From: Solirubrobacterales bacterium
GTDB lineage: Bacteria > Actinomycetota > Thermoleophilia > Solirubrobacterales > 70-9
Assembly (NCBI GenBank): GCA_035266025.1
Contig: DATFOB010000009.1
Span: 454 to 64,453, forward strand
Length of the DNA: 64,000 bases
Direction of reading: 5' to 3'
Of the stretch, positions 55,985 through 64,000 are shown one piece after another; the first letter of the stretch is position 1, and every line of letters begins with the position of its first letter. Under the pieces are notes generated by a model, which was not told where the DNA came from, searched no databases, and saw only the letters and a program-made list of their open reading frames with translations. Position numbers and translations under genes: made by a program.

Positions 55985-57144
55985 GAGGAGCTCCCGGCGA
56001 GCTCGACGACGCGACGGGCGGCGTCCAGCATCGTCTTCTCCTGGTGCAGGTTCGGCAGGCTCGCCTCGGCGAGGATCCGCAGCCCCTCCTCGGAGTTGGT
56101 GCCGTCGAGGCGGACGACCAGCGGCATGCCGAGGTCGATCTGCTGGGAGGCGGTGACGATCCCGTTGGCGATCTCGTCGCAGCGGGTGATGCCGCCGAAG
56201 ATGTTGAAGAGGATCGCGGTCACCTTGGCGTCGGACTTGATGACTTCGAGCGCGTTGACGATCGCCTCGGCTTTGGAGCCGCCGCCCGCGTCGAGGAAGT
56301 TGGCAGGCGCGCCGCCGGCCTGGGCGACGACGTCGAGGGTCGACATGCAGAGGCCGGCGCCGTTGGCGAGGATGCCGACGTTGCCGTCGAGTTTGACGTA
56401 GGTGAGGCCCTTCTCCTTCGCCATCTGCTCCTGTGGGTCGTCGACCGTGTCGGCGATCTCGGCCAGGTCCTGGTGGCGGAAGAGCGAGTTGCCGTCGATC
56501 GTCACCTTCGAGTCGAGGGCAACGACCTCGCGGCCGGCGGTGACGATCAGCGGGTTGACCTCGATCAGGGTCGCGTCCTCCTCGCGCGCCACCTCCTCGA
56601 GCTTGACCAGCGCCTCCGCAGCCTCGTCGAGCGCGTCCTCGGCGAGGCCGGCGTCGGCGACGATCGAGCGCGCTGCGGCGGCGTCGAAAGGCTTGGTCGG
56701 GTCGATGTGCCGTTTGACGAGGGCGTCGGGGTCCTCGGAGGCGACCGCCTCGATGTCCATCCCGCCTTTGGCCGAGACCAGCGCCAGCAGCTTCTTCTCG
56801 CCGCGGTCGAGGATGACCGAGGCGTAGTACTCCTCGGCGATGTCCGAGCCGCCCTCGACCCAGACCTGATCGACGCGGAAGGGGCCCTCGCCGTGGGGGC
56901 CGACGATGTCCATGCCGAGGATCGCGCCGGCGTGCTCGCGCGCCTCCTCGGCGTTCTGGGCGATCTTGATCCCGCCGGCCTTGCCGCGGCCGCCGATCAG
57001 GACCTGGGCCTTGATCGCGCAGGGGTAGCCGATCTTCTCCGCCGCAGCGACAGCCGCGTCGACGGTGTCGGCGACTTCGCCGCTCGGCACGGGGATGCCG
57101 TGCTTGGCGAACAGCTGCTTGCCTTGGTACTCGAGAAGGTCCAT
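55981..57144 (-). CDS. sucC: Succinate--CoA ligase (ADP-forming) subunit beta
   Basis: It shows MDLLEYQGKQLFAKHGIPVP, KAQVLIGGRGKAGGIK, EVNPL, GNVGILANGAGL and NIFGGITRCDEIA. Confidence 0.95.
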   Translation of the reverse strand: MDLLEYQGKQLFAKHGIPVPSGEVADTVDAAVAAAEKIGYPCAIKAQVLIGGRGKAGGIKIAQNAEEAREHAGAILGMDIVGPHGEGPFRVDQVWVEGGSDIAEEYYASVILDRGEKKLLALVSAKGGMDIEAVASEDPDALVKRHIDPTKPFDAAAARSIVADAGLAEDALDEAAEALVKLEEVAREEDATLIEVNPLIVTAGREVVALDSKVTIDGNSLFRHQDLAEIADTVDDPQEQMAKEKGLTYVKLDGNVGILANGAGLCMSTLDVVAQAGGAPANFLDAGGGSKAEAIVNALEVIKSDAKVTAILFNIFGGITRCDEIANGIVTASQQIDLGMPLVVRLDGTNSEEGLRILAEASLPNLHQEKTMLDAARRVVELAGSSS

Positions 57145-57196
57145 AAAGAGAGGTGTGCTCCGGGGGGAGCGCGCGGCAGACTATCCGAATGACATA

Positions 57197-57895
57197 ATGC
57201 CGCGCTCTCTCATGCCCCTCCCAAGTCTAAAAAACATCAAATGGGTGACGACCGACTGCTACGGCACCCTCATCGACTGGGAGAAAGGCATCGTCGAGGC
57301 CTGCAAGAAAGAGGCGGTCAAAGACGGCTTCAGCTTCGAAGAGGAGCCCTTCCTCGCCCGCTTCATGGAAGTGCAGGCGGAAATCATGGCCGGCTCCTAC
57401 GAGCTCTACGCCGAGGTTCTGCGCCGCACGATCGTCAAAGTCGCCGGTGAGATCGGCTGGGAGGTGGAGCCCTCGCGGGCCCAGTTCCTGCCCAACAGCG
57501 TCGCCTACTGGCTGCCCTTCCGCGAGTCCAACGCGGCGATGGACCGGCTCGGCAAGAAGTACGAGATCGGGATCGTCTCCAACGTCGACGACAAACTGCT
57601 GGGGATCAGCCGCCGCCACCTGCGGACCGAACTGGACCTCGTCGTCACCGCCCAGCAGGTGCGCAGCTACAAGCCAGACCCCGTCCACTTCAAAGAGTGC
57701 GCGCGGAGGATCGGCGGCAAGAAAGGCTGGCTTCACATCGGCTGCGACTACACGACCGACATCGCGCCGGTGCTGAAAATGAACGTGCCGGTGATCTGGG
57801 TCAACCGCCACGGCGAGAAACTGGAAGGCCGCAAAGCCCCCAGCGCCACGGTGAAAAACTTCCGCGAAGCAGTGAAAAAGCTCGGCGCCTCCTGA
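57197..57895 (+). CDS. HAD-superfamily hydrolase, haloacid-dehalogenase type II-like
   Basis: Motif I is the DxYGT type (VTTDCYGTLIDW), followed by IVSNVDD and SYKPDP. Confidence 0.8.
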   Translation: MPRSLMPLPSLKNIKWVTTDCYGTLIDWEKGIVEACKKEAVKDGFSFEEEPFLARFMEVQAEIMAGSYELYAEVLRRTIVKVAGEIGWEVEPSRAQFLPNSVAYWLPFRESNAAMDRLGKKYEIGIVSNVDDKLLGISRRHLRTELDLVVTAQQVRSYKPDPVHFKECARRIGGKKGWLHIGCDYTTDIAPVLKMNVPVIWVNRHGEKLEGRKAPSATVKNFREAVKKLGAS

Positions 57896-57977
57896 GCGTC
57901 TTCGGCGTCTTCTAGCTTTCAAGCCGCAACTCAGGCGTGAGGCGCCGGTTTCGGGGTAGATCGCCCCGAGCTATTCG

Positions 57978-59789
57978 ATGCAGATCTTCGCTCCACAATC
58001 CAGTTCTTCCCCTGCCCTGACCCGGGCGCGGTTGGTCGTTGCCGCGGCGCTGGCGGCTTTGCTGGCGATCCTCGCCGTCGCGGCCTCCTCCGGCACCGAG
58101 GTCGCCCGCTCGGCCGACGAACGACCCAGCTTCGTCGTCATCCAGACCGATGACGAGACGCTGGACCAGCTCTACGCCAGCCTCAACGTCGGCGGCATCG
58201 AAGTGCAGGCGATGCCCTACACCCACGCCTTGATCGCCGGCCGCGGCGTCACCTTCAACCGCTACTACGTCCCCTACCCCCTCTGCTGCCCCTCGCGGAC
58301 CAGCCTCCTCACCGGCCGCTACTCGCACAACAACAACGTCCGCGGCAACGTGCCGCCGAACGGCGGCTTCACCGGCTTCAAAGCCCGTCAGGCCTACAGC
58401 CACAACCTCGCCACCTGGTTGCAGGGGGCGGGCTACCGGACGGTCCACATCGGCAAGTTCCTGAACGGCTATGGCGACGAACCGTTCGACGAAGGCAAAG
58501 ACGTGCCGCCCGGCTGGAGCGCCTGGCACAGCGTCCTGCGCGCTGACACGAACCACTACTTCTACGGCTACACGCTCAACAACAACGGCGTCCTCGAAGG
58601 CCCCTACGGCGACCCCGGAAGCTGGGATACGCGCGAATACGGCGAACGTGACGACTTCGGCTGCCCGAGCGCGCCGTTAAACGGCAAACCGTGCTTCTAC
58701 GAGACCGACACCCTCAACACGCTCGCCTGGCAGGAGCTGACCCAGACCTCGCCCGAACAGCCCTTCTACCTGCAGCTCGACTACACCGCCCCACATGGCG
58801 ACTTCCGCCGCCCCGCCGGGCCGGAGCCGGCGACCCGCCACTACAACACCTTCGCCGGGGCGCCCTATCCGCACGGCCGCGCGGAAGGGTTCAACGAGGG
58901 CAACGTCAACGACAAGCCTCGCTTCATCCGCGAAGCGCCCTACCTCTCGCTGAATGAGATCCACACCTACCGCGTCTACTACCAGAAGGCACTGGAGTCC
59001 CTGCGCGCGATCGATGAAGGCGTGAAACTGGTCGTCGACACGCTCGGCGGGCTGCACCGACTGCGCAACACCTACATCATCTTCACTTCCGACAACGGCT
59101 TCTTCTACGGCGAGCACCGACTGACCGGCGGCAAGTTCCTCGCCTACGAGCCGGCGACGCACCTGCCGCTGCTGATCCGCGGCCCGGGGATCAAACCCGG
59201 CACCGCGACCGGGGAGCTCGCCGCCAACATCGACATCGCGCCGACGATCCTCGAACTCGCCGGGGCCGAAGCGGACAAAAGCATCGACGGGCGCTCGCTG
59301 GTGCCGTTCATGCGGGACCCCGCCCTGCGGACCCGGCGCCCGATCCTCTTCGAGTCCTTCGTCGAGACCGCCGACGTCGAAGCCAACGGCGAACCGACCG
59401 CGCAGCGCGCCCGCCTCAGCAGTGCCGGCAGCGGCCCGAAGGCCACCGCCTCGATCGTGGCGCCGCCGAAGGACTACCTCGGGATCCGCCTCGGCCCCTA
59501 CAAGTACATCGAGTGGCCGAGCGGCGAGAAAGAGCTCTACGACATCACCAAGGACCCCTACGAGCTCAACAACCTCGTCCGCGTCTCCAACCTCTCGCCG
59601 ATCCGCGCCTTCCTCCACGCCCAGTTGGTCCGCCTCGAGGGCTGCGTCGGCCGCACCTGCCAGGAAGTAACGCCGAAATTCCCGCTCACCCTCGAGCAGC
59701 AGCGCAAGGTCGACAAGGAGCGGCGGGAAGAAGAACGGCAGAAGGAAAAAGAACGCGAAGAAAAACGGCACCACAAACGGCGCGGTTGA
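57978..59789 (+). CDS. Secreted sulfatase (formylglycine type) with a Lys/Glu/Arg-rich C-terminal tail
   Basis: The signal-like N-terminus is followed by FVVIQTDDE and the sulfatase signature PLCCPSRTSLLTGRY (CxPxR). It also has TSDNGF. The tail reads EQQRKVDKERREEERQKEKEREEKRHHKRRG. Confidence 0.9.
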   Translation: MQIFAPQSSSSPALTRARLVVAAALAALLAILAVAASSGTEVARSADERPSFVVIQTDDETLDQLYASLNVGGIEVQAMPYTHALIAGRGVTFNRYYVPYPLCCPSRTSLLTGRYSHNNNVRGNVPPNGGFTGFKARQAYSHNLATWLQGAGYRTVHIGKFLNGYGDEPFDEGKDVPPGWSAWHSVLRADTNHYFYGYTLNNNGVLEGPYGDPGSWDTREYGERDDFGCPSAPLNGKPCFYETDTLNTLAWQELTQTSPEQPFYLQLDYTAPHGDFRRPAGPEPATRHYNTFAGAPYPHGRAEGFNEGNVNDKPRFIREAPYLSLNEIHTYRVYYQKALESLRAIDEGVKLVVDTLGGLHRLRNTYIIFTSDNGFFYGEHRLTGGKFLAYEPATHLPLLIRGPGIKPGTATGELAANIDIAPTILELAGAEADKSIDGRSLVPFMRDPALRTRRPILFESFVETADVEANGEPTAQRARLSSAGSGPKATASIVAPPKDYLGIRLGPYKYIEWPSGEKELYDITKDPYELNNLVRVSNLSPIRAFLHAQLVRLEGCVGRTCQEVTPKFPLTLEQQRKVDKERREEERQKEKEREEKRHHKRRG

Positions 59790-59794
59790 TGTAG

Positions 59795-59875
59795 GGGTGG
59801 GGAGGGAGGCCCTCTCCAAACCCGCTCGCTTCGCTCGCTTTTGGGAGTGTTTGGAGAGGGCCTCCCTCCCCACCC
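59795..59875. repeat. Perfect 27-bp-stem hairpin between convergent genes (family B/C palindrome; may act as a bidirectional terminator)
   Basis: GGGTGGGGAGGGAGGCCCTCTCCAAAC-N27-GTTTGGAGAGGGCCTCCCTCCCCACCC. It starts 6 nt after the sulfatase stop and ends 98 nt beyond the carboxylase stop. Confidence 0.85.
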
Positions 59876-59972
59876 TCGATAGCCTCTTTGCTCCGGGAGA
59901 GATGGCGCGAGCGGCTTGAGCTCGGCGCTCCGCAGTTTTCCTCGCTATGGCGAGGAGAAGTTCGGAGGGGGT

Positions 59973-61742
59973 CTACTTGATGACGGCGAGGGTGTCGCCG
60001 CTGCCCACTGCGACGCCTTCGGAGATCGGGAGCTCTTCTACTTTGCCGCTGCGGTGGGCGGTGATCTCGTTCTCCATCTTCATCGCCTCGATCACGCAGA
60101 TCAGGTCGCCCTCGGAAACCTCGGCGCCCTGCTCGACCGCGACTTTGAGGATCGTGCCCTGCAGCGGCGAGGGAAGGGCGTCGCTGGAGGCGCTGGGACC
60201 GCCGCCCGCCTTGCGCTCGCGCTTCGGCGGCTTCTTCCCACCGCCTGCCGCCGGGGCGGCAATGCCGCCTGCGGGAGCCTCGCCGATCACCTTGACGTCG
60301 AAGAGCTTGCCGCTGACCTCGACCTTGTAGTCGCGGGTCAGCATCTCGCCGCCGTCCTCGCTCGGCTGCGGCGGGGGCGCGTCGGCGGGAGCGGTCGTCT
60401 TCAGCCACTCCTTGTCTTCCATCAGGTCGCGGCAGGTCTCCCCGCGCGCCCACTGCTCGGTGGCGAGGATCGCTTCGTGGAAGGGGATCAGGGTGGTGAG
60501 GCCGCCGGAGTCGTATTCGCCGAGAGCTCGCAGCATCCGCCGCGTCGCCTTCTCCCGGTCGACGTCCCAGACGATCAGCTTGGCCACCATCGGGTCGTAC
60601 ATCGGCGTCACCTCGCCGCCGCCCTCGACGCCGGAGTCGACGCGGACGCCCGGGCCGGAGGGCTCGCGGTAGGAGTCGCCGATCGGCCCCGGCGCGGGGG
60701 CGAAGTTCTTGTGCGCGGCCTCGGCGTTGATCCGGCACTCGATCGACCAGCCGTTCAGCGCCACGTCCTCCTGGGCGATCGAGAGCCGCTCGCCGGCGGC
60801 GATCAGGATCTGCTCGCGGACGATGTCGATCCCGGTGACCATCTCGGTCACGCAGTGCTCGACCTGGACGCGGGTGTTCATCTCGAGGAAGAAGTACTCG
60901 TCGCCGACCTGCATCCCCTCGATCGTGCCGGCCCCTCGGTAGCCGACGGCGGCAGCTGCGTCGGTGGCGATCTTTCCGATCCGCTCGCGCATCTCCTCGC
61001 CGACATGAGGGCCCGGGGCCTCCTCGACCACCTTTTGGTGGCGGCGCTGCAGCGAGCAGTCACGCTCGCCGAGGTGGATCACGTTCCCGTGCGAATCAGC
61101 CAGCACTTGGACCTCGACGTGGCGCGGGTCTTCGAGGTAGCGCTCGACGTAGACGCGCGGGTCGGAGAAGAACTTCTCGCCTTCCCTCGAAGATCCCTCG
61201 TAAGCCTCCTGGAGGTCATCCGGGGTCATTGCGACGCGGAAGCCCTTGCCGCCACCGCCGCCCGCGGCCTTGCAGGCGACCGGGTAACCGGCTTCGTCGG
61301 CCTGGCGCTGGGCGTCCTCGAGGCCGGCGGCGACCTCGGTCGAGCCGGGGACAATCGGCACGCCGGCCTCCTGCATGATCTCCCGCGCCCGGGTCTTCGA
61401 CCCCATCGCTTCGATCGACTCCGGCGGCGGCCCGATCCAGGTAATCCCGGCGTCGTCGCAGGCACGGGCCATCTCGGCGTTCTCGGCGAGGAAGCCGTAG
61501 CCGGGGTGGATCCCTTCGGCGCCCGCTTCCTTCGCGGTCTCGATGATCTTCGGGATGTTCAGATAGCTCTCCGCCGGGACCGCGGGGCCGATCAGAAAGG
61601 CCTCGTCGGCCTCGCGTACATGGGGGGCGTCGCGGTCGATCTCCGAGTAGACGGCGACCGAGACGATGCCCATCTCCTTCAAGGTGCGGGCGACGCGGAT
61701 GGCGATCTCGCCGCGGTTGGCAATGAGGACCTTCTGGAACAC
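59973..61742 (-). CDS. Acetyl/propionyl-CoA carboxylase alpha subunit (biotin carboxylase plus biotin carboxyl carrier domain)
   Basis: It shows MFQKVLIANRGEIAIRVARTLKEMGI, GGGGKG, EMNTRVQVEH and the C-terminal biotinylation motif VIEAMKMENEI. Confidence 0.95.
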   Translation of the reverse strand: MFQKVLIANRGEIAIRVARTLKEMGIVSVAVYSEIDRDAPHVREADEAFLIGPAVPAESYLNIPKIIETAKEAGAEGIHPGYGFLAENAEMARACDDAGITWIGPPPESIEAMGSKTRAREIMQEAGVPIVPGSTEVAAGLEDAQRQADEAGYPVACKAAGGGGGKGFRVAMTPDDLQEAYEGSSREGEKFFSDPRVYVERYLEDPRHVEVQVLADSHGNVIHLGERDCSLQRRHQKVVEEAPGPHVGEEMRERIGKIATDAAAAVGYRGAGTIEGMQVGDEYFFLEMNTRVQVEHCVTEMVTGIDIVREQILIAAGERLSIAQEDVALNGWSIECRINAEAAHKNFAPAPGPIGDSYREPSGPGVRVDSGVEGGGEVTPMYDPMVAKLIVWDVDREKATRRMLRALGEYDSGGLTTLIPFHEAILATEQWARGETCRDLMEDKEWLKTTAPADAPPPQPSEDGGEMLTRDYKVEVSGKLFDVKVIGEAPAGGIAAPAAGGGKKPPKRERKAGGGPSASSDALPSPLQGTILKVAVEQGAEVSEGDLICVIEAMKMENEITAHRSGKVEELPISEGVAVGSGDTLAVIK

Positions 61743-61771
61743 GGCGGCGCAGTCTATTTATTGGCGGCTGG

Positions 61772-61851
61772 CGGGAGTCGTGTGACCCTCTCCAGACACA
61801 TCTCGCCAACGGCTCGATGTTGAGTGTCTGGAGAGGGTCTCACGACTCCCG
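61772..61851. repeat. 28-bp-stem hairpin (one mismatch) in a divergent intergenic region, related to the 59795..59875 element
   Basis: CGGGAGTCGTGTGACCCTCTCCAGACAC-N25-GTGTCTGGAGAGGGTCTCACGACTCCCG. It shares the core CCCTCTCCA(G/A)AC / GT(C/T)TGGAGAGGG with the other element. Confidence 0.85.
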
Positions 61852-61878
61852 ATCCGGACCGCAGTTAGGGTGCGGCCG

Positions 61879-62688
61879 ATGCTTATTGAGCTGCAGAGCC
61901 ATTCGACGGTCTCGGATGGGCAGTCGGAGCCGTCCGAGGTGGTGGCTGAAGCTGCGAAGGCTGGAGTTACGACGCTGGCGCTGACGGACCACGACGCGAT
62001 CGCGGGGGTCCCGGCGGCGCAGGAAGCTGCGGATCAGCTGGGGATTGAGCTGGTGCCGGCGATTGAGATGTCCTGCGTGCATCGCTACGCGGAAGACCTG
62101 CATGTCTGCGGGTACTGGATCGATCTGGAGAAGATGGCTCCGGCCTGCGATCGGGCACAGCAGGAGCGGCGCGATCGAGCCGGGGAGATCGTTCAGAACC
62201 TACGCCGCGAGGGGTTCGACCTGACGCTCGAGGACGCGATCCGGGAGTCGGGCGCCGCCGACTCGATCGGCCGCCCCCACATCGCCAAGGCAGCCGGCGC
62301 GACGGGCGACCTCGGCCCCTTCTTCGAGGAGTACCTGGTGCCGGGCGCCAAGGCCTTCGCCCCCCGCCGCTGGCCGACCGCCGAGGAGGCCGTCGAGACG
62401 ATCCGCAACGCCGGCGGCATCGCCGTCGTCGCCCACCCCTACTGGGACGTCAAGGACCCGGCCCAGGTAGAGGATCTGGTCCGCTCCCTCAAGCCCGACG
62501 GCATCGAGGTCTTCTATCCGAGCCACACCCAGGAGCAGACCGCACACCTCCTGGGCCTCTGCGACGAGCTCGACCTCGTCCCCACCGCAAGCTCCGACTA
62601 CCACGGCCCCACCCACAAGACCTTCGCCGAATTCGGCGCCTACGACACCTTCGGCCTGGGCGAGCCGCAGGTGCCGGCTAGGCCGTAG
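61879..62688 (+). CDS. PHP (polymerase and histidinol phosphatase) domain metal-dependent phosphoesterase
   Basis: It shows MLIELQSHSTVSDG, LALTDHD, VAHP and SSDYHG. I preferred the ATG at 61879 to the GTG at 61870. Confidence 0.8.
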   Translation: MLIELQSHSTVSDGQSEPSEVVAEAAKAGVTTLALTDHDAIAGVPAAQEAADQLGIELVPAIEMSCVHRYAEDLHVCGYWIDLEKMAPACDRAQQERRDRAGEIVQNLRREGFDLTLEDAIRESGAADSIGRPHIAKAAGATGDLGPFFEEYLVPGAKAFAPRRWPTAEEAVETIRNAGGIAVVAHPYWDVKDPAQVEDLVRSLKPDGIEVFYPSHTQEQTAHLLGLCDELDLVPTASSDYHGPTHKTFAEFGAYDTFGLGEPQVPARP

Positions 62689-63100
62689 GCCCCTCACCGA
62701 GGCCGGTCCCCAGCCGCACCCTACGGCGGACACTCCGCAGGACCACCGCATCGCTGATCGTCCCCGCCTCCACCCTCTCGAGCATTTTCAGGATCTCATC
62801 CGCGGCCTCATCAGGGCGCAGCCAGATGTAGTGACTCCGCACGAGCATTTCCCGCAGGCACCATGCGGCGACATCCGTGTTGCCTGCGAGAAACGGTTGC
62901 CACCGAATCATCAGCAGCGCACAGATGACGGCCCGCTCGACCGGATCATCGTAGACGTCGGCCCCGAAGAGGCGAATGAAAGGAGCGGCCAGTACGGCCT
63001 GGGCTCGGAAGACGCAAACGGTCTTCTCTAGGAGCTCGGGAGGAACCTCAAGCGCGATCGCTGCGATCTCAATTAGGTCGTCAAAGCTGAGCCGATCCAT
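62678..63100 (-). CDS. Fic/Doc-family (death-on-curing-like) protein with a degenerate active-site motif
   Basis: It has Doc-like architecture: LSFDDLIEIAAIAL..RAQAVLAAPF..FGADVYDDPVERAVICALLMIR. The site where HxFxD(A/G)NKR is expected reads WQPFLAGNTD. Confidence 0.65.
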   Translation of the reverse strand: MDRLSFDDLIEIAAIALEVPPELLEKTVCVFRAQAVLAAPFIRLFGADVYDDPVERAVICALLMIRWQPFLAGNTDVAAWCLREMLVRSHYIWLRPDEAADEILKMLERVEAGTISDAVVLRSVRRRVRLGTGLGEGPTA

Positions 63101-63203
63101 TTCGCACTACAAGGTATCACGGCATTAATACCCTAACAGCCGGTTGTAGACACTACATTCAGTTTCGCCGCAAATAAGGCATATTTTCACTAACATCGCG
63201 TCC

Positions 63204-63428
63204 GTGGCGGGGACGAATCGCAGCAAAGTCATGAGTCTTCGGCTCCCCGAGGAGCTGGCCGCTGAAATCGCCGCGGTTGCTCGTACGGACGACATGGCTG
63301 TGACTGCGGCGATTCGGGAAGCGATCTCCAACCACATCGCCAACCGGCGCGGTGCAAAGGACTTCAAAGAGCGGCTGAGGAAGCAGCTGGAAGAAGACCG
63401 CAAGACTCTCGAACGCCTCGCAGAATGA
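63204..63428 (+). CDS. Ribbon-helix-helix domain protein (antitoxin-like)
   Basis: ..VMSLRLPEELAAEIAAVARTDDMAVTAAIREAISNHI.. fits the RHH pattern. The start is either the GTG at 63204 (TAACAT -10-like box 7 nt upstream, possibly leaderless) or the ATG at 63231. Confidence 0.65.
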   Translation: MAGTNRSKVMSLRLPEELAAEIAAVARTDDMAVTAAIREAISNHIANRRGAKDFKERLRKQLEEDRKTLERLAE

Positions 63429-63535
63429 AGAGGGGGCGGAACTCCCTTCCCGGGGACTTCAGCACGGCCGCCAGGCCGGTGCCCCCGGGAAGGGCCTCCC
63501 GGCCCCTCGCCACGCTAAGTCGCTAACCGAAGCAG

Positions 63536-64000
63536 CTACGCAGCCGCAGCCTCCTTGGCGGGAATGAATCCCCGCTCCTCGAGGTAGGCCAGCAACTTCT
63601 CCGCCGACTCCTCCGGAGACTCGCTTTCGGTGTGGCAGACGAACTCCGGGTTCTCCGGAGCCTCGTAGGGATCGGAGACGCCGGTGAATTCTTTGATCTC
63701 GCCGGAGAACGCTTTCGCGTAGAGACCCTTGACGTCGCGCTCGGCGCAGGTGTCGACCGAAGCCTCGACGTAGACCTCGACGAAGCGATCGCCCATCAGC
63801 TCGCGGGCCTCGTCGCGGATCTCCTTGTAGGGGGAGATCGCCGCGGTGATCACCGGCACGCCGTTGCGGCTGAGCAGGTCGGCGACGAAGGCGATGCGAC
63901 GGATGTTGGTGTCGCGGTCCTCCTTCGAGAAGCCGAGCCCCTTCGAGAGGTTTTCGCGGACGATGTCGCCGTCGAGGATCTCCAGCTTCGAGCCGCGCTC
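63536..64000 (-). CDS. cysC: Adenylyl-sulfate (APS) kinase, C-terminal part (gene runs off the right edge of the window)
   Basis: My own translation shows the frame is open to nt 64000: [90 protein letters not shown]. Confidence 0.85.
   Translation of the reverse strand, partial: ERGSKLEILDGDIVRENLSKGLGFSKEDRDTNIRRIAFVADLLSRNGVPVITAAISPYKEIRDEARELMGDRFVEVYVEASVDTCAERDVKGLYAKAFSGEIKEFTGVSDPYEAPENPEFVCHTESESPEESAEKLLAYLEERGFIPAKEAAAA

Noticed and set aside
1-64000. CRISPR arrays, rRNA genes, transposases/IS elements and prophage structural genes.
   Set aside because: I found no regularly spaced direct repeats, no rRNA-like conserved stretches, and no transposase, integrase, capsid or terminase-like translations in any called ORF.

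Overview
This is a high-G+C, gene-dense bacterial chromosome segment. Its gene content points to Actinomycetota, probably a Thermoleophilia/Solirubrobacterales-like organism; this is an inference from gene content only. The relevant genes are a fused PafBC-type HTH-WYL regulator, an MMPL transporter, a PPOX/F420-class protein, a SigK/RskA-like ECF pair, a LipJ-like hydrolase-cyclase fusion, a CSLREA beta-helix protein and many secreted proteins with Arg-rich C-terminal domains. I can support about 60 protein genes and one tRNA-Phe(GAA). I saw no rRNA, CRISPR array, transposase or integrase. Housekeeping blocks (sucCD, acyl-CoA carboxylase alpha, APS kinase, aminotransferase, penicillin-acylase-family hydrolase) alternate with accessory blocks. 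Five things stand out. (1) At 32.4-37.8 kb, six translationally coupled genes encode a sigma-70-family factor, an unknown protein, an XRE-type HTH protein, an ImmA/IrrE Zn-peptidase, SbcD and SbcC. This is the best candidate for an undescribed sense-and-respond nuclease system. (2) At 14.9-29.7 kb lies a patchily lower-G+C envelope cluster. It holds two GTGA-coupled secreted proteins (about 1200 and 1288 aa), a stand-alone copy of their Cys-bearing module, a small low-G+C secreted protein followed by a strong hairpin, and an MMPL pump with a heptad-repeat insert. It is bracketed by a single-chain tandem TetR and an HTH-less TetR ligand domain. (3) Short perfect or nested palindromic repeats recur across the window. 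One family has three copies and a compensatory arm substitution. One copy supplies the start codon of a gene, and three palindromes sit in frame inside coding sequences (a GH15 gene and a DHPS-like gene), which resembles Rickettsia palindromic elements. (4) A C8/G8 homopolymer puts a small coiled-coil membrane protein out of frame relative to its intact paralogue. (5) Several toxin-antitoxin-like loci have degenerate components. Many long ORFs in the supplied track are antisense shadows typical of high-G+C DNA and were not called. All start codons are predictions made by eye.
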